Source of the DNA: Dicyema japonicum
Lineage: Eukaryota > Animalia > Dicyemida
Assembly (NCBI GenBank): GCA_011109175.1
Contig: RDEW01000008.1
Coordinates: 5,228 to 69,227 of the forward strand
Reading direction: 5' to 3'
Length of the DNA stretch: 64,000 nt
Positions within the stretch are counted from its first letter, which is position 1; the number at the start of each line of letters is the position of its first letter. Of the stretch, positions 1 to 12,570 are shown piece after piece. The position numbers and the translations under genes are program-made. Under the pieces are notes generated by a model. It was not told the origin of the DNA. It searched no databases and saw only the letters and a list, made by a program, of their open reading frames with translations.

Positions 1-560
1 AATATAATCAATCTGGTTCCTAGACATTCCATTAGGCGACGTCCAAGTGTATAATCGTCGTTTGTGCTGTTTGAACCATGTGTTAGTTATCTGAAATCCA
101 TTTTCCAGAATTAAACCAGTCGATCCCCAGCATCATTTCTTTTCCCGAAAACAAAACTCCCACAATATCCGTATGTGGCATACACCCAACTTTTGAATTG
201 AAATCCCCTCTATGTAGGTTATGTCCTTTTTGCGTATTAGTTTTAGTGCCTCTTAAAATTCATAATAAAATTGGTCAATTTCGTCATCCATGGCAATAGA
301 TGTTTGGGAATACACTAAATGACTTCATTAAATATTTGATGACTTTCAATAGCAGGTGCAATTTTCATGAAGCAATGAAGGTCACTCCGTTTCTTTTCGG
401 ATTATTGTTACCAGAATAATATATCACGAAATAATCAGATCGAAAAAAACGACTGTCTATCCAATGAAGTTCGCTTACTACAAGCTGGTTCTCATTTCTC
501 TTTTTACGACTTCTAGTTTCCTTCGTTTTAGCCTCTTACGTTCCATGTTGCGAAATTGAG
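1..560 (-). mobile_element. RTE-clade LINE, AP-endonuclease domain fragment (decayed; continues off the left edge)
   Basis: The minus strand reads FATWNVRG..KLEVVKREM, YYSGNNNPKRNGV and ITNTWFKQHKRRLYTWTSPNGMSRNQIDYI, which are RTE APE motifs. Frameshifts and stops are present. Confidence 0.85.
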
Positions 561-1509
561 ATTCTGTGTGACAAAGGCTAGCGATTTTATGTCTTGCAGT
601 AAAGTTGCTTCCAATAAGATCGTAGGAGAGTTTGCTCATAAGATTTCTTGGCATTCAAATACAGGGTAGGTTGCCAGGTCTTTCCCCATCAACAGCTCTT
701 ATTTTGGAATAAGTTTCAGAGAATGTATATACACCACAACAACACGTTTCAAACGAATGTGCCTAGCTTTCAATACGTTTTATCGGCTCAGTGTTTATCC
801 CTATGCATGTTCAAATACAGAAACCCTGTTACTATTTTTACTTTTTTTAAATGAGTAAGCTAGGGCAGCCATTAAAGGGCACCATCCATCAACCTCATCA
901 ATTCATTCATCAGTAGTAGCCACGGTCGATGAGTACAATGGAAAGTGGAATTTTGAAAAACGATTTACTCCCAATGTTAACCCGTTCTTAAGTGAATCTG
1001 CACGTTGGGAATTAGGGAACTGGGCAGAAAACATACAGCGACAAAACATTCACCAACTATCAGCCTGCTTTTTAGTTATTATACAGTCAGATTCCCCTTC
1101 GCAAAGCCTGTCTACTTTTTATGTTTAATGCCATACCACCCAATATTAACCAATAAAATGCTATCATAACAGAATTGGAGAAAAATAGACTCAACCCGTA
1201 GAGCCAATCCTTCTACCGAAGATCTATTTTTCCCAAACATACCCTTTACGTCCAGGCACTAAATACACTATACTCGTATGTGCCTAGCTTTAAACAAGCA
1301 ACACATAATCTTTTTATCGGCACAGTGTTGATCCTTCAGCAGGGTCAACTACAGAAACCTTGTTACGACTTTTACTTGCTTTAAATTCAATCTAGTAGGA
1401 TGAATTTACTGATAAATGTCTACTAATTGGCTTTGATTTTTATATAAAAAATTTTATTGCGTTGAACCAGAGAAACAATCAAATGGTGTATGTATAATGA
1501 TGGAAACTT

Positions 1510-1570
1510 CACTTATCTCTTTTATCATACCGATGTTAGATGGCTGTCAAGAAGTTGGGCGTTCAACACA
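1510..1570 (+). mobile_element. hAT (Buster-like) transposase relic
   Basis: tatcataccgatgttagatggctgtcaaga = YHTDVRWLSR, the HTEVRWLS motif. Confidence 0.6.
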
Positions 1571-1619
1571 ATATTTTATTCTAGAATAGAAATAGATCAA
1601 ATTATATATAAATAAAGCT

Positions 1620-2068
1620 CTGAAGAACTTTATTTTCTGAAGAACTTAAATCTCCTAATATATTTTTTAGGAATTTTTTAGGAGTCATTAATTGTAGAAA
1701 TCTACAATCTTTGAAATATACGAAAGTTATCTACATCCGTGGAATTCACCTACCGAAGACTTTTTTAGGCTACAAGAGAATAATTTATAAGATTTTTCAT
1801 TTTCAATAGAAAAATCATACTTTGATTGATGAACGTTGTTTTTCGTTGTCTGTCTATCAGGGTTGTAATTTCAAGCAAATTCTTAAAAGTTGTTCTATCT
1901 ATGTCTAGTTATATCTTATGACATACCCACAGAGCAAACATTCTTGCTGTTTACGAATCCCCGAATGACTATTTCTATGGATAGACTCCGCAATAGTTCG
2001 CATTTCAGACTCGTTATCCATGCAAACAACTAATTTGTGTTTTTCAAATTTTTCGTCTTTGAGGTATA
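1620..2068 (-). mobile_element. Diverged Ginger-like integrase relic
   Basis: The minus strand reads LYLKDEKFEKHKLVVCMDNESEMRTIAESIHRK, homologous to VYLKSTDPKLVISLDNETEMEHVAKSLHK of the element at 30203. An RFLQL motif follows further on. Confidence 0.65.
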
Positions 2069-2071
2069 ATC

Positions 2072-3510
2072 TGTCACATGGGCGTAACGCATGGGCAGCC
2101 TGTTAAATTTTTTCGATTTTGAAAAGGTCTTTTGATTATCCGACAATTAATTTTGTATATCCAATTTATATCGTGATTTAATCCTGTTAAATTAGTTTTT
2201 AACTCATAAATGTAATGATTATGAAGATTTTATTTTTTATAGCGGTAAACATAGATTTCTAGCGTGATTTAAAGCATGAAGATTTTTTTTGTTGCAATGG
2301 CTTCTTACAAGGGATTTGTGAAAGATTGAGTTGAATATCAAACTTTAAAAGATGCTTTGCATGATTTATTTCTCGAAAATCTTCCGAGGCACCGAAAATA
2401 TAGGCTTGTAAAGAAGATAGAGAAATTGTCTATTATTAATGACAGGTATTGTAAATTTGCAATAATTTTAGACTGTATCTTAAATCAACTGATTCCAAGT
2501 TAGTCATATCCCTGGATAATGAAACCGAAATGGAGCATGTTGCGAAATTGTTGACGAGTTTTCACACGAAGGAGTCAATAAAATTGAGTAGAATGTCGAC
2601 AAAGATACTTCACTGTAAAGAATGAGATTATCAGAAAAGTCATTCGAAATTATTGGTCTGCAAATTTTCGCGTCCTTTAAAAGTTCGTGATTTTTTATAA
2701 TTGTAGATTGGAGACACCATGTATTTGCTTCTTCTCCAAATGAACGTCTTCAGGTAGATCTAATAGACCTGAAAAAATTTTCAACATTAAATGAAAATTT
2801 CAAATGGATTTTAACGGTCATTGACATATAAAGTAGGTTGGTTTTTTAAATTTATAGATTCGCTTTTGTACGACCACTCTATAATAAGTCTGGTAAAGAA
2901 GTATGTGAAAACTTAAGATCTTTGTTTTGCCTGAATGGGCCATGTAAATTTCTTCAGTTGGACAATGGTTCTGAATTTAAAAATCAAAAAATAACAAAAC
3001 TTTGCGATGATTTTAACATTAAGCAAATTCACGGAAGGCCTAACAATCCACGAGCACAAGGAATTGTCGAAAGATTTAATCAGACGATCACTAGGAAGTT
3101 GTCAAAAATGCTGGATAACAGTGAAAAAAGTGGCTTGATAAATTAGAAAGTGATGTCTACGGTTATAACATATCGGTCCATTCATTTTCTAACGAAAGTC
3201 CTTTCGAAGATATCGAGGAATTAAGGGAATAAATTCAATAATTCATGGTTATACTTATATCACATTATGACTTAGATAATTTAAGTAATGAGTGTGCGAT
3301 TCCAGAACAAATTGACGATTTGGTTAATTTTGAGTCTCAGCATTATCCAGTTGCAGAAATAATTAATGTTTTATCTAATAATCGCGTGGAGGTAGTTTTA
3401 AATAGTTTAATTTGATAGATAAAAAATTCGAAAGGAGAAATATCGACTGTATTAATGAGTAGACTAAAAAAAGTTACTTAAATTTATTTTTTTGTGGTTA
3501 ATAAATCATT
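2072..3510 (+). mobile_element. Ginger-like DNA transposon copy 1 (3'-truncated), with a spliced DDE integrase pseudogene
   Basis: It starts with the TIR TGTCACATGGGCG..GCAGCCTGTTA. The catalytic triad is in QVDLID / QLDNGSEF / QGIVERFN. GT-AG introns lie at 2687-2706 and 2837-2857. It is collinear with 30203-31935. Confidence 0.88.
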
Positions 3511-4890
3511 TTTTTAAAACAATAACAATTTATTGAAGAATAAAACCAAATAGTTAAAGGCTACTGGCTGCTCTCAGGATTGAGAGCGGATTTCCCTTAC
3601 GATCTGTAAGGAGATGCGCTCAATGAGCCAGCCCTTCTCTCTGACATCCCTCCTCCTTTTAGCGACTAACGATCCAATTTTGTTGAGCAGGGCTAACGAC
3701 CTGCTTCCTATGACTCCCGAAGTTTCGACTGCGACTGGTTCAAATGTGTACTGCTCGCCGAGGCATGTGTACTTCTTTGCTTTAAGTATTTCTGCTTTCT
3801 CTGCAGCTGAGCCTGGATTTGTCGCACTCATTGTAATATTGGAAGGGGAGAAGCTATCTACGCAGGTGGCATCCCAGGCCAGGTACTTCCCAGCATCCCA
3901 CGGGAACAGAGTCGCTCCATCCGGCCTTCTGTTTGCCGTGGCAAGTCCTAGGGGCTCCATCTGGACAGGAAATCCGGCAGCTTCTAGTCCCCACGCAATA
4001 ACCTTGTTGATTGCACTATGTCTCAGGCTCCTTCCAGCGCTCCTTCGGCAGGAAAGTGCGTGGAGTCCTTTCGCGTCAACTATTCCTCCACATCTACAGC
4101 GATGGATTGCGCAAACATCGATTCCGAGGCGGACGCAAACCCCAATCCTCGTGGAGTCATCGTCCAGAAAAGTTCTGAGTGAAATGCACGGGAATGCTTT
4201 GAGCCATGCACCACTTACGTTTGTTGATGCAGTAGCCAGACGATGCTGGTCGAGTTGTGGTTATAGCTCATCGATGGTCCTCGAACATACAAGTTCGTTC
4301 CAGTCTCGTTGTTTGTTGAAGTTAAAGTTCTTCGGGAGTCCCAAATTAAGTCCAATCCAAACATCGTGAGCCATGCATGCCATTGGTTCAGTGTCCAATC
4401 CGTTAATGTAGCGTAGGATCTGGTGAACTAGACCACGGGAAGCATATGTCGAAGACAGAAAGGCTGAGAGGGCGAGTTCAAGTGGCGAGCGTATCCCAAT
4501 TCCTCCATAACGAAGTGGTAACTTGCATTGGGTCCACCCTGCTTTATCCAGAGAGATGTTAAGTGTTTCTTCAACAGAGGTCCTCAGTTTCTCATCGATA
4601 ACTCTCAAGAAATCCATGTCTGTGAAACATGGGGATGTCCGTAGAAAAAAAAGGAGTAAGGTGAAAATTCTTGAGGATAAAGAGAGAAATGTGGGAGTCC
4701 AAAGCCTTTAGATTGTGCGTGAGCAGCTGTACGGATTCACTCTTCTCCTCCAGGACAGTTGACATGTCATACAGAGGAGATCCGAGGAAAATCGCCTTTT
4801 CTAGTCGGGTGACTTTGATGTCCTGGAGGCAAGTAGAAATGTTCGTTATTGCGCGTTCAAAGGTGTCCTCTCCACAGGTCACGTTAATAA
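3510..4890 (-). mobile_element. CRE-like non-LTR retrotransposon, 5'-truncated (RT C-terminus plus REL endonuclease)
   Basis: ORF pieces read QCKLPLRYGGIGIRS and RRPDGATLFPWDAGKYLAWDATCVDS...FEPVAVETSG, an RPDG-type restriction-like endonuclease. A T-run lies at the 3' junction. Confidence 0.88.
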
Positions 4891-5049
4891 CTATTATATA
4901 TGTTCGACACGATTAAAAATGATCAAAGCAGTATTAAGTATGACATCTGACATGTGGTTTCACAGTGATTGACAGGTGACATGTAACCAGATATGACGCA
5001 ACATTAAAAACCTTAGAATTTATCGGAAAACTAACATTGTTAAAAGTAA

Positions 5050-5560
5050 TCAGTAATTTTTTGTCCATAACCATTTTAAATTTTTTAAATTGCGCATGAA
5101 TATTTTTCTAAAATCATAAAAATCTTTAAGACAATCCGGCAACAAATTAAATATGTTTTTCCCAACTTTATTTATGTTATCAATGGCTGTTCTTATAGTC
5201 ACATATTCAGCCTCAATTCCATTATAAAAATTTTGCTCTGACTCAGGGTCATTTTCTTCTAAAACATATTCGATCGCTTTTTCAATTTTTTCATTTATGA
5301 AATGACCTAAAAAATACTCGGATTGGTGTTCGCTAAACACTTTTTCCCGACAATTAATGATTATTTCCGATGAAACCTTTTTCCATGCATCAGAAATCAA
5401 TAATAGCACTTCTTTAAGGACTCAAAAAATTTTTGATCGTCAGTGAAACATAAAAAATCTACTAAAAATGTAGAATAATGGTCCTTGAAAAATTTGATAA
5501 TTCTATAATCCAGTAGCATTCACAAAAAATAGACAGATTTCTTCAAATGCAGAGACTTCA
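5050..5560 (-). mobile_element. Tigger/pogo transposase C-terminal relic
   Basis: ISDAWKKVSSEIIINC matches the DDE_1 C-terminal motif AW..V...TI.NC. Confidence 0.6.
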
Positions 5561-6110
5561 GAGTCAGTCACTTAACTTATGGATTCAAAAGTGTTGGATG
5601 TATTAAAACACCTAAGAAAACAAAACGTTCCCATTTCCGGACATTTAATCCAAAAAATCGGTATTATTGTAATTTTTAAAATCATTTTATTAGGACTGAA
5701 AGTCGCTTCAAAATTTTAAGGCTAGAAAAATTCAAATTAAGACATGAACTTAAGTTCAAAACTTTGGAGAAAAAGATGCGTTGACTTCTGGTGCTGATCC
5801 AGTTTGAGTTTCTTCATTGAATCGTTTGTCAGATGGCAGAACGATCAAGGCAAGTAGGTTTGAGTCTACAGACACAAAGCCAAACAAAATAAAATCTTCA
5901 TGGTAATTCCTAATTTTTGTCTTTTAACAGTTGATTCCGACATTCTTGCAATCTAAAAAGGTACAGTCTTTAAAAATTGTGCACTAAATATACCGCGGCA
6001 AAATAAGTAAGTAAAAGATATTTGAATATGTTCATAAAATATTTAAAATAATTTAATTAAATTAATTAGATATATCCAAACATATAACAACAAATTTTAA
6101 TTAGATTTAA

Positions 6111-6233
6111 TTGGTAGGCCACCCTTCAAAAAAACGTAGAGGGGTGGAGAAGTTCGAACAATTCTCTTTAGTTCAACATAACTTGCACCGGGCGCCACCA
6201 CAACAAAAGTGAACTGCATGCCGCCACGCTAAA
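6111..6233 (-). mobile_element. Isolated 5' leader of LINE family A
   Basis: Clear similarity to 40328-40445, ending at the same 5' point (TTAGCGTGGCGGCATGC). Confidence 0.8.
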
Positions 6234-6244
6234 ATTTTATAACA

Positions 6245-6695
6245 AAACTAACTAATTAGGTGATCCTAGCCTCCAACAACATCCGAACTCTCTTCATTTG
6301 GTCTCTTGATTATCCAACCGCACTCCGGAACCGTCTTCTCTTCCTTCTGCAAAGGAATTCAATCGGCGTGCAATTTTTTTATTACCGACTGAAATTCCTC
6401 TGCATGGGCTACCTTTTCCTTGAATGGGTTTCCTAGTTCCTTGCAGAAACGTAGGAAACCCTGGCCATTTTTCAACGTTGCCTCATCAGAAACGAGGTTG
6501 CCAATGGGGATGTCCGTGTGGTGCATAATTCTACGTTTGAGGGAGTTCAAACGGTCCACTTTCTAAGGGGAATCGCAAACTTCCAGGCGGAGCAGGCTTA
6601 TTCAATGGTCGGTACGATTACTTGTTGATAGACCTTGCTGATGCAAGCAGCCGGGGAGAAAGGGCTCTTCTTTATCATCGCATTCAGAATGTTTT
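6245..6695 (-). mobile_element. 3' fragment of LINE family A (Jockey/I group)
   Basis: YQQVIVPTIE.ACSAWKFAI...RLNSLKRRIMHHTDIPIG, homologous to 21120-21490 and 37780-38220. Confidence 0.85.
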
Positions 6696-6893
6696 AATTC
6701 CGAATTAAATTTATAATTATTTTAGTTCGTCCGCGGTAAAAAGTTAGGTGACATATAGAGAATAAAATCACTAATTTATAATTATATGAAAAAAATTTGT
6801 AATAAATTCATTTAATAAATAATATATTAAATAATAATATTTTTTAAACTAACTTGTTTTTGTATTACCCACGTCGTTATTTAAATAAGCAGA

Positions 6894-8784
6894 ATGAATC
6901 ATTTTAAATTACAAAGATATCTTTCCAAGATAAGGGACTCTGAAGGATCTACATATATGAATCAATGTCCCTACAATAAACAAGATGGTTTGAATCTTGC
7001 TGTATCAAACTCGTTAAGTATAAATCATATAATATATAGAATACTTTCTTTGCAATTCTTGTAATAAAGTTGGTTCATACGAACAGTACAGACAAAATAT
7101 GTTCAATTCGAAGATGTTATACCCTAATTCTAAATGTTTGGGGGATAAAATAATTGATTCTTTTGATTTCAGAGATTCCGAATATTTAATCGAACCATCA
7201 AAGGATATTATTAGTACTAACCCAACACTCAGAGTTTAGACTCTTATATATTTTAGAAACTGACTTTGGATACTCTTATAAAGTTCAGAGTTAAAGTCTC
7301 CCATGATGGAAGTACTATTTACTTTCCTCACTATGGATTCCGTAAACAACATGCTTTAGTCGAATTACCCATATATTATTACAAAATGAATACGTTTAGT
7401 CATATTAAACAGTATATTTATGTGAATTTGGTAGGAATTCGACTTTATTTGGAATTACTAGTTTATTGGAGAATAATAATTTGAACTTTGATAAGATTTA
7501 CATTTCCAATAATGAATTTGATGCAATGGCAATTAGTCAATTAACCGGGGAATTGTCAGTAGCATTCAAAGGGAAAGAATTATGTGAGGAAGTATTCAAT
7601 GATATTATATTTTAGTTATTATTAATATTTGCCTTTACAAAACAGATTATGTTTACCTCTTCATTCTCTAATAGTATTTATAATAATTTAGGGATCAATA
7701 GATGTTTCTTTGAAAAGTAATATTGCAATATTAATGATAGTCCTCTTAATGTTAATTCCAAATATTTAGTTACTCCTAAACCGGTTGAAAGAATTGACGA
7801 TATTGGTGTGTTTGAGTCATTTGGGTGTCTTAAGGATGATATTTTTTATGAGATGAAAGATTATGATAAGTTATGTGGAGTTAAGGTTAATGTGAAGGTT
7901 ATTGTAGTGGAAGAGGATGAGAGAATTGACCAAACTAATGAAGGGACATCGAAATGGAGAGTTGACTATAGTAACTGGTCCGACAGGTAGTGGAAAGACC
8001 ACATTTGTCAGTGAATATTCATTAGACCTTTTATGTCAGGGAGTCTGTGATACAATAACTGTAGGTTTCCACTTTATGGGGTAACTTTGAAATAAAAAAT
8101 ACAACTTTACTAAAAACAATGATAACTCAATATGCCAAAATTGAATCTTCTCAAGAACTAATATCTCAATTTTCTAGAATATCCGAAGAATTTGATAAAC
8201 TACCATTGATGTTAATGTCATCAAAATCATGTTGTGTCCTCAGCAAATTATTAGAGAATATAAAATTTTCTATCCATAAGTTTGGAGTTTCTCATATAAT
8301 CATCGACAATCTTCAATTTATTGTTGGTTCAGGATATGGATCTATGGGTGACCGTTTGAACCAACAAGACAAAATTTTCCATGCATTTCGAGATATTGCT
8401 ACAACCATGAATGTCCACGTGACTGTAATAATACATCCTCGAAAGGTATTATTGTCAATTTGTAATAGTCTATTGATTCGGAAGTTCTTACAGTAAATTC
8501 AATATCGGGGACATCTGTTTCTGCACAGGAGGCTGATAATGTGATAATCCTTCAGTCTCTTTTGGTTAATGAACACAGACATAGATATATCGAGGTTATA
8601 ATAATCATATATTTAGGTTGTTAAGAATCGGTTTGATGGTGATTGTGGGAAAATTGAATTTACATTTAATAATAAAACTAAATGTTTTTTTGATAAAATG
8701 GATATAAATGAAAATATTGTGGGTAATATGGATAATAATATGAAAATAATGGTTGATGATAATATGGAAGCATTTAATGATTGA
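6894..8784 (+). CDS. TWNK: Twinkle mitochondrial DNA helicase, 10 exons, about 561 aa, intact
   Basis: Removing GT-AG introns 7018-7039, 7234-7256, 7412-7434, 7592-7615, 7717-7740, 7886-7907, 8043-8064, 8446-8468 and 8595-8616 gives one open frame. It contains [70 protein letters not shown] and the primase-like [12 protein letters not shown]. Confidence 0.93.
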
Positions 8785-9345
8785 TTTTCTTTTGATTTTT
8801 GTAATTAATAATTTTTTTTGTTTGAATAGTGTCAAAATTATTTGTAATAAATATGTGTATGCAATTTTTAGAGTAAAATTATGGTACTGTACTTCAAATA
8901 TGTAGGATCTTAAGGCTGTTTAGACAATTCAGGATTCAGATAAAGTTTAACCAGTTAAGCGTCAGCGAAGACATATGTCGTTTCTAAGAAATTTATCAGA
9001 AACGTTAGCTACAAAATTTGTCGCATAGTCGAGTTGACGATATCAGCCTACCCAAAATGAGTGTCCTAAGGTTACATGAGCAAGAGATAAGTGATATTTT
9101 TGACGAATCAAGTGACTTTAACGACTTTGAGATGAAAGCGATGAATCAGAAATCAGTAACAATTTATCCAGCGACTATACAATGATTACATCTTCCTATT
9201 AGTCGTCAAGCGGAAAAGAAATAATATTTTTAATATGGCATCAAAAAACTTAATTCTGGATAAGGACTCGGTTATTCTGATACGGATACTCTTATCAAAC
9301 ACGAGGTTACGAGTGCGTATTGGAAAATGTTTGTCACGGAAAATT

Positions 9346-10283
9346 ATTTCAACAGTGGGCACACCCCAATGAGATTCCCTTTCCCCAGTATTGTTTGCTA
9401 TATACCTTGAATCGGCTCTGCAAGACCTCCGGAAGTATTACAACAATGATATTATGGAGATCGTGTATGCCGATGATGTTGACTTTATCTCGACTGACAA
9501 AGAAGCACTCTTACGTCTCTTGGAGGTTGCATCAGGCTGTTTGGCCAAATGGTGTCTATCACTGAATGTTCAGAAAACGGATATTGTTGAAATTAAGCGG
9601 ATGGAACTACGCAATAGTGAATGTTGGAGGAAGACCGTAAAGCTTGGCTCTCTTCTCGGAGACTCCGAAGACATTGCAAGAAGAAAATTGTTATCTACGG
9701 TTACTATGCAAAAACTTATGAAATGTTGGATAAGAAAATGCTCGGTCGGGCCATCACTCCGACTCAGGTTGTATGAGGCGTTCGTGAGGCCCATACTAAC
9801 ATACAACTCTGGGACGTGGGGAATTTCGAAAACGGACGAACAAAACCTTGACTCCTTTCACAGAAGGCAACTTCGGTCTCTCTTGGGACTAAAGTGGCCA
9901 ATGCGTGTAGGGAGTGAAAATTTATATAGAAGATGCGGTTCCGGACCTCTGAGCACCATGATCATGAAGGCTCGCTGGAGATTGTTTGGCCATATTCTTA
10001 GATTGGAACAAGACACGCCAGCAAACGTCGTCATGGAAGAATACTTCGATACGTCAGGGGAGAAGTTCAGAGGTCGTCCAAGAATAACTCTTCCGGAAGT
10101 CCTTAATGGTGACCTGAGATCAGTAACTAGACTACTAAAGGACGGTGAAGACCTTAGTAGTCTGCGGCACTTGGCATCGGACAGGAGGGGATGGGAAAGG
10201 CTAATTAAGAGGATTGTTCAGACGCGGCACGAATATAATTATAGTTTATATGATTCTATGTAGTTGCTTATAATAATAATAAT
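9346..10283 (+). mobile_element. RTE-clade LINE, 5'-truncated, (TAA)n tail
   Basis: YADDVDFIS, LRLYEAFVRPILTYNSGTW, RWRLFGHILR and RGRPR motifs. It ends in ataataataataat, with a possible short TSD GAAAATT (9339-9345 / 10284-10290). Confidence 0.9.
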
Positions 10284-12296
10284 GAAAATTCGGAATAGCA
10301 GCGCTTAACAGGTTAATGAGAAACCTCAAGTGGTCAACAATATCATTTATATTGTCGGTAGAATTCTTTTTGCAAGTCCTAGAAGTTTTTTTTCAGATGT
10401 TAATGAATAAATTTCCTTTTTGTGGCATCACTAGAAGTATCTGACAAGAATTTCTTCACTTTTAATCGAGCCATACAATCTAAAATAAAAAATGCTTTTT
10501 AGATGTTTTTCATTTTTAGACGGACCAGTAAAATTATATGAATATGCAATATTTTGTCCTATACCTACTGCTTACAATTCGGAAACGTGTTGACTAACTC
10601 ATACATGTGTTGATATGCTTTTCACAGAAAATAACTAAAGATTCTACTAAAGTGATCGAGAACCATGACTTATACACCACTTGTAAATAATCAAGGAGTG
10701 GCACAAGTGACGAGAAGAATATAACTTACTTATTGCGAATGTTCTTCATAATAATTTTAGATGCTTTAAAAATTTATGATGTACATCAAACTTTTTTTCT
10801 TAGAAGGGACCGTGGGTAAATAAATAAGCAAAACAATTAATGCTAGCTGCTGGGAGAGTAGACATTGCCCCGACTATGAACATTTTCAAGAGCTGTGAAT
10901 ACCGTTTGAGAGGGTTTCTGAGTGATGAATCACACTCACATTTCGACTTCTTTACAAAATCTCTTACCACTCAGCCGTCTCAGATGTGCATAGGAAACGA
11001 TCTATAAGTGCTCAATATTTCTTCTCATGACAATAGATATTACCATTTATTTTAAAAATTCCGATAAATCTCAATATTACATGAGCATGACGTTATTACC
11101 GTATTTGCATCATTGGATCCATCTAACTAAGTAGACGCCCATGATTGGAGAGCATCAAAAAAAGATCTGTTTCCCTATTCATTTGGAGGGGTTGGCGGAT
11201 ACCTAGAAAAGATGTGATGCTTCCGCGGGGACTCGATAAAACCTATTTCTGGTATATCCGAGGTTATTTGAAAAAAACCCTAATCACTTTAGAATATCTC
11301 AGAGCATTGTCATTGATTACTTAGTAGTCTCATTAATCCCTTTATTGGCTTATGGCTTGCTTTTTACGCTTAAAATGTTGAATGGTAGTATTTCTGGATG
11401 AATGAATATTCGGACAATTAGGCGATACCACATTGGTGCTCATAAACCTTAAGATGTCATCGTAATTATAAGAGAAATTCAAATTATGAGTAAAATCAAT
11501 CATTAGTGTATCCTATGTAACAGGTAGGTCGAAGTTCACTCCAGTGTTCTACCTAATTTCATTAACATGTGAGGTTCATGAAATTCTAACTCAACAGAAA
11601 CAAAATTGTTTGGATGATATGGTTTGGGCAAAACTGATTCCGTCTGATTACCTGGGTTCATAGATTCTATTATCATGTTGGCTAGCTTCTCTATTCGGAA
11701 TTAAAATATAATTCCTCAATTGAAAAATTAATCTTTATCTCTCTCCTTTCTCATTCACCAAGCAAAATCCGTCGCAACCATAATTCTTACGTGTATGACA
11801 TTTCAGCATCGAGGCCAATTTAGAAGTAAGCTTCCATAACATTGTTTTCGATACTGCTTGGTACATGGACCATATAAAGAAAAATAGATTCAATACTACG
11901 GCCCTCTGATCTAATTTTGATCGAACCTGGGCGGATTTACATAAGCTGACGAAATACTTAAAAAATGAATACGGGGATATAAATTATTGTCTTTTGAGAG
12001 ATAATTTTCATGGTTTGTGAGATTTTGATGGCGAAAAGATATGAGAACTTGCGAAAAAAACTGTTTATTATTACCAATAATCACTGGGTTAAAAGAAAAA
12101 GAATTTCCCGCAAAACTAAGTGATTCTAGACCGACAATGAAGAGGTTGAAAACGTCAAAAACGGACATCTTAACCACTCTTCGTTATTGGTTCCTCGTCT
12201 TCACGTATCCACTATGATTTTTGAAGTATTTGATAAAAGTAAGGTAGAGGGCCTAACGTGGTGCGGTGTAAATGTTCATCCAGTAATTTTAATTTA

Positions 12297-12570
12297 ATTT
12301 ATTAACCCGGATACATTGAGAAAAAAGTTATAGTAAACATCTAATTAAGTGTATCCAGTTTCCACTTCTACAGAAACAGAGTCCATCCGGAATCAACATA
12401 AAGGGTAAAGACGTCTATTCTTGCAGTTTTGGAAACCGCTCTAGTGGAGTGGGGGAGAGCAAATGATCCTTTTTCATGATAGCTAGGCACTAAGCGCCAC
12501 CTAGACAAGTGGAATCACATGACGCCACTCTAATATGAAGAGAGAGAAGGAACAGACAAACAGAAAATAT
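12297..12570 (-). repeat. About 280-bp dispersed repeat matching the distal 3' UTR of the REL-type retroelement
   Basis: Aligns end to end with 47968-48250 and, more divergently, with 58975-59205. Confidence 0.75.

Noticed and set aside
3614-4369. 251-aa plus-strand ORF, and similar antisense ORFs at 16381, 16747, 22154, 22537, 23002 and 44443
   Set aside because: These are shadow frames opposite retrotransposon coding sequence, with no independent motifs.
6894-8784. Microsporidian host, suggested by short introns and the REL elements
   Set aside because: An intact Twinkle implies mtDNA, which canonical microsporidia lack. The intron density and the JADE/HIPK genes are animal-like.
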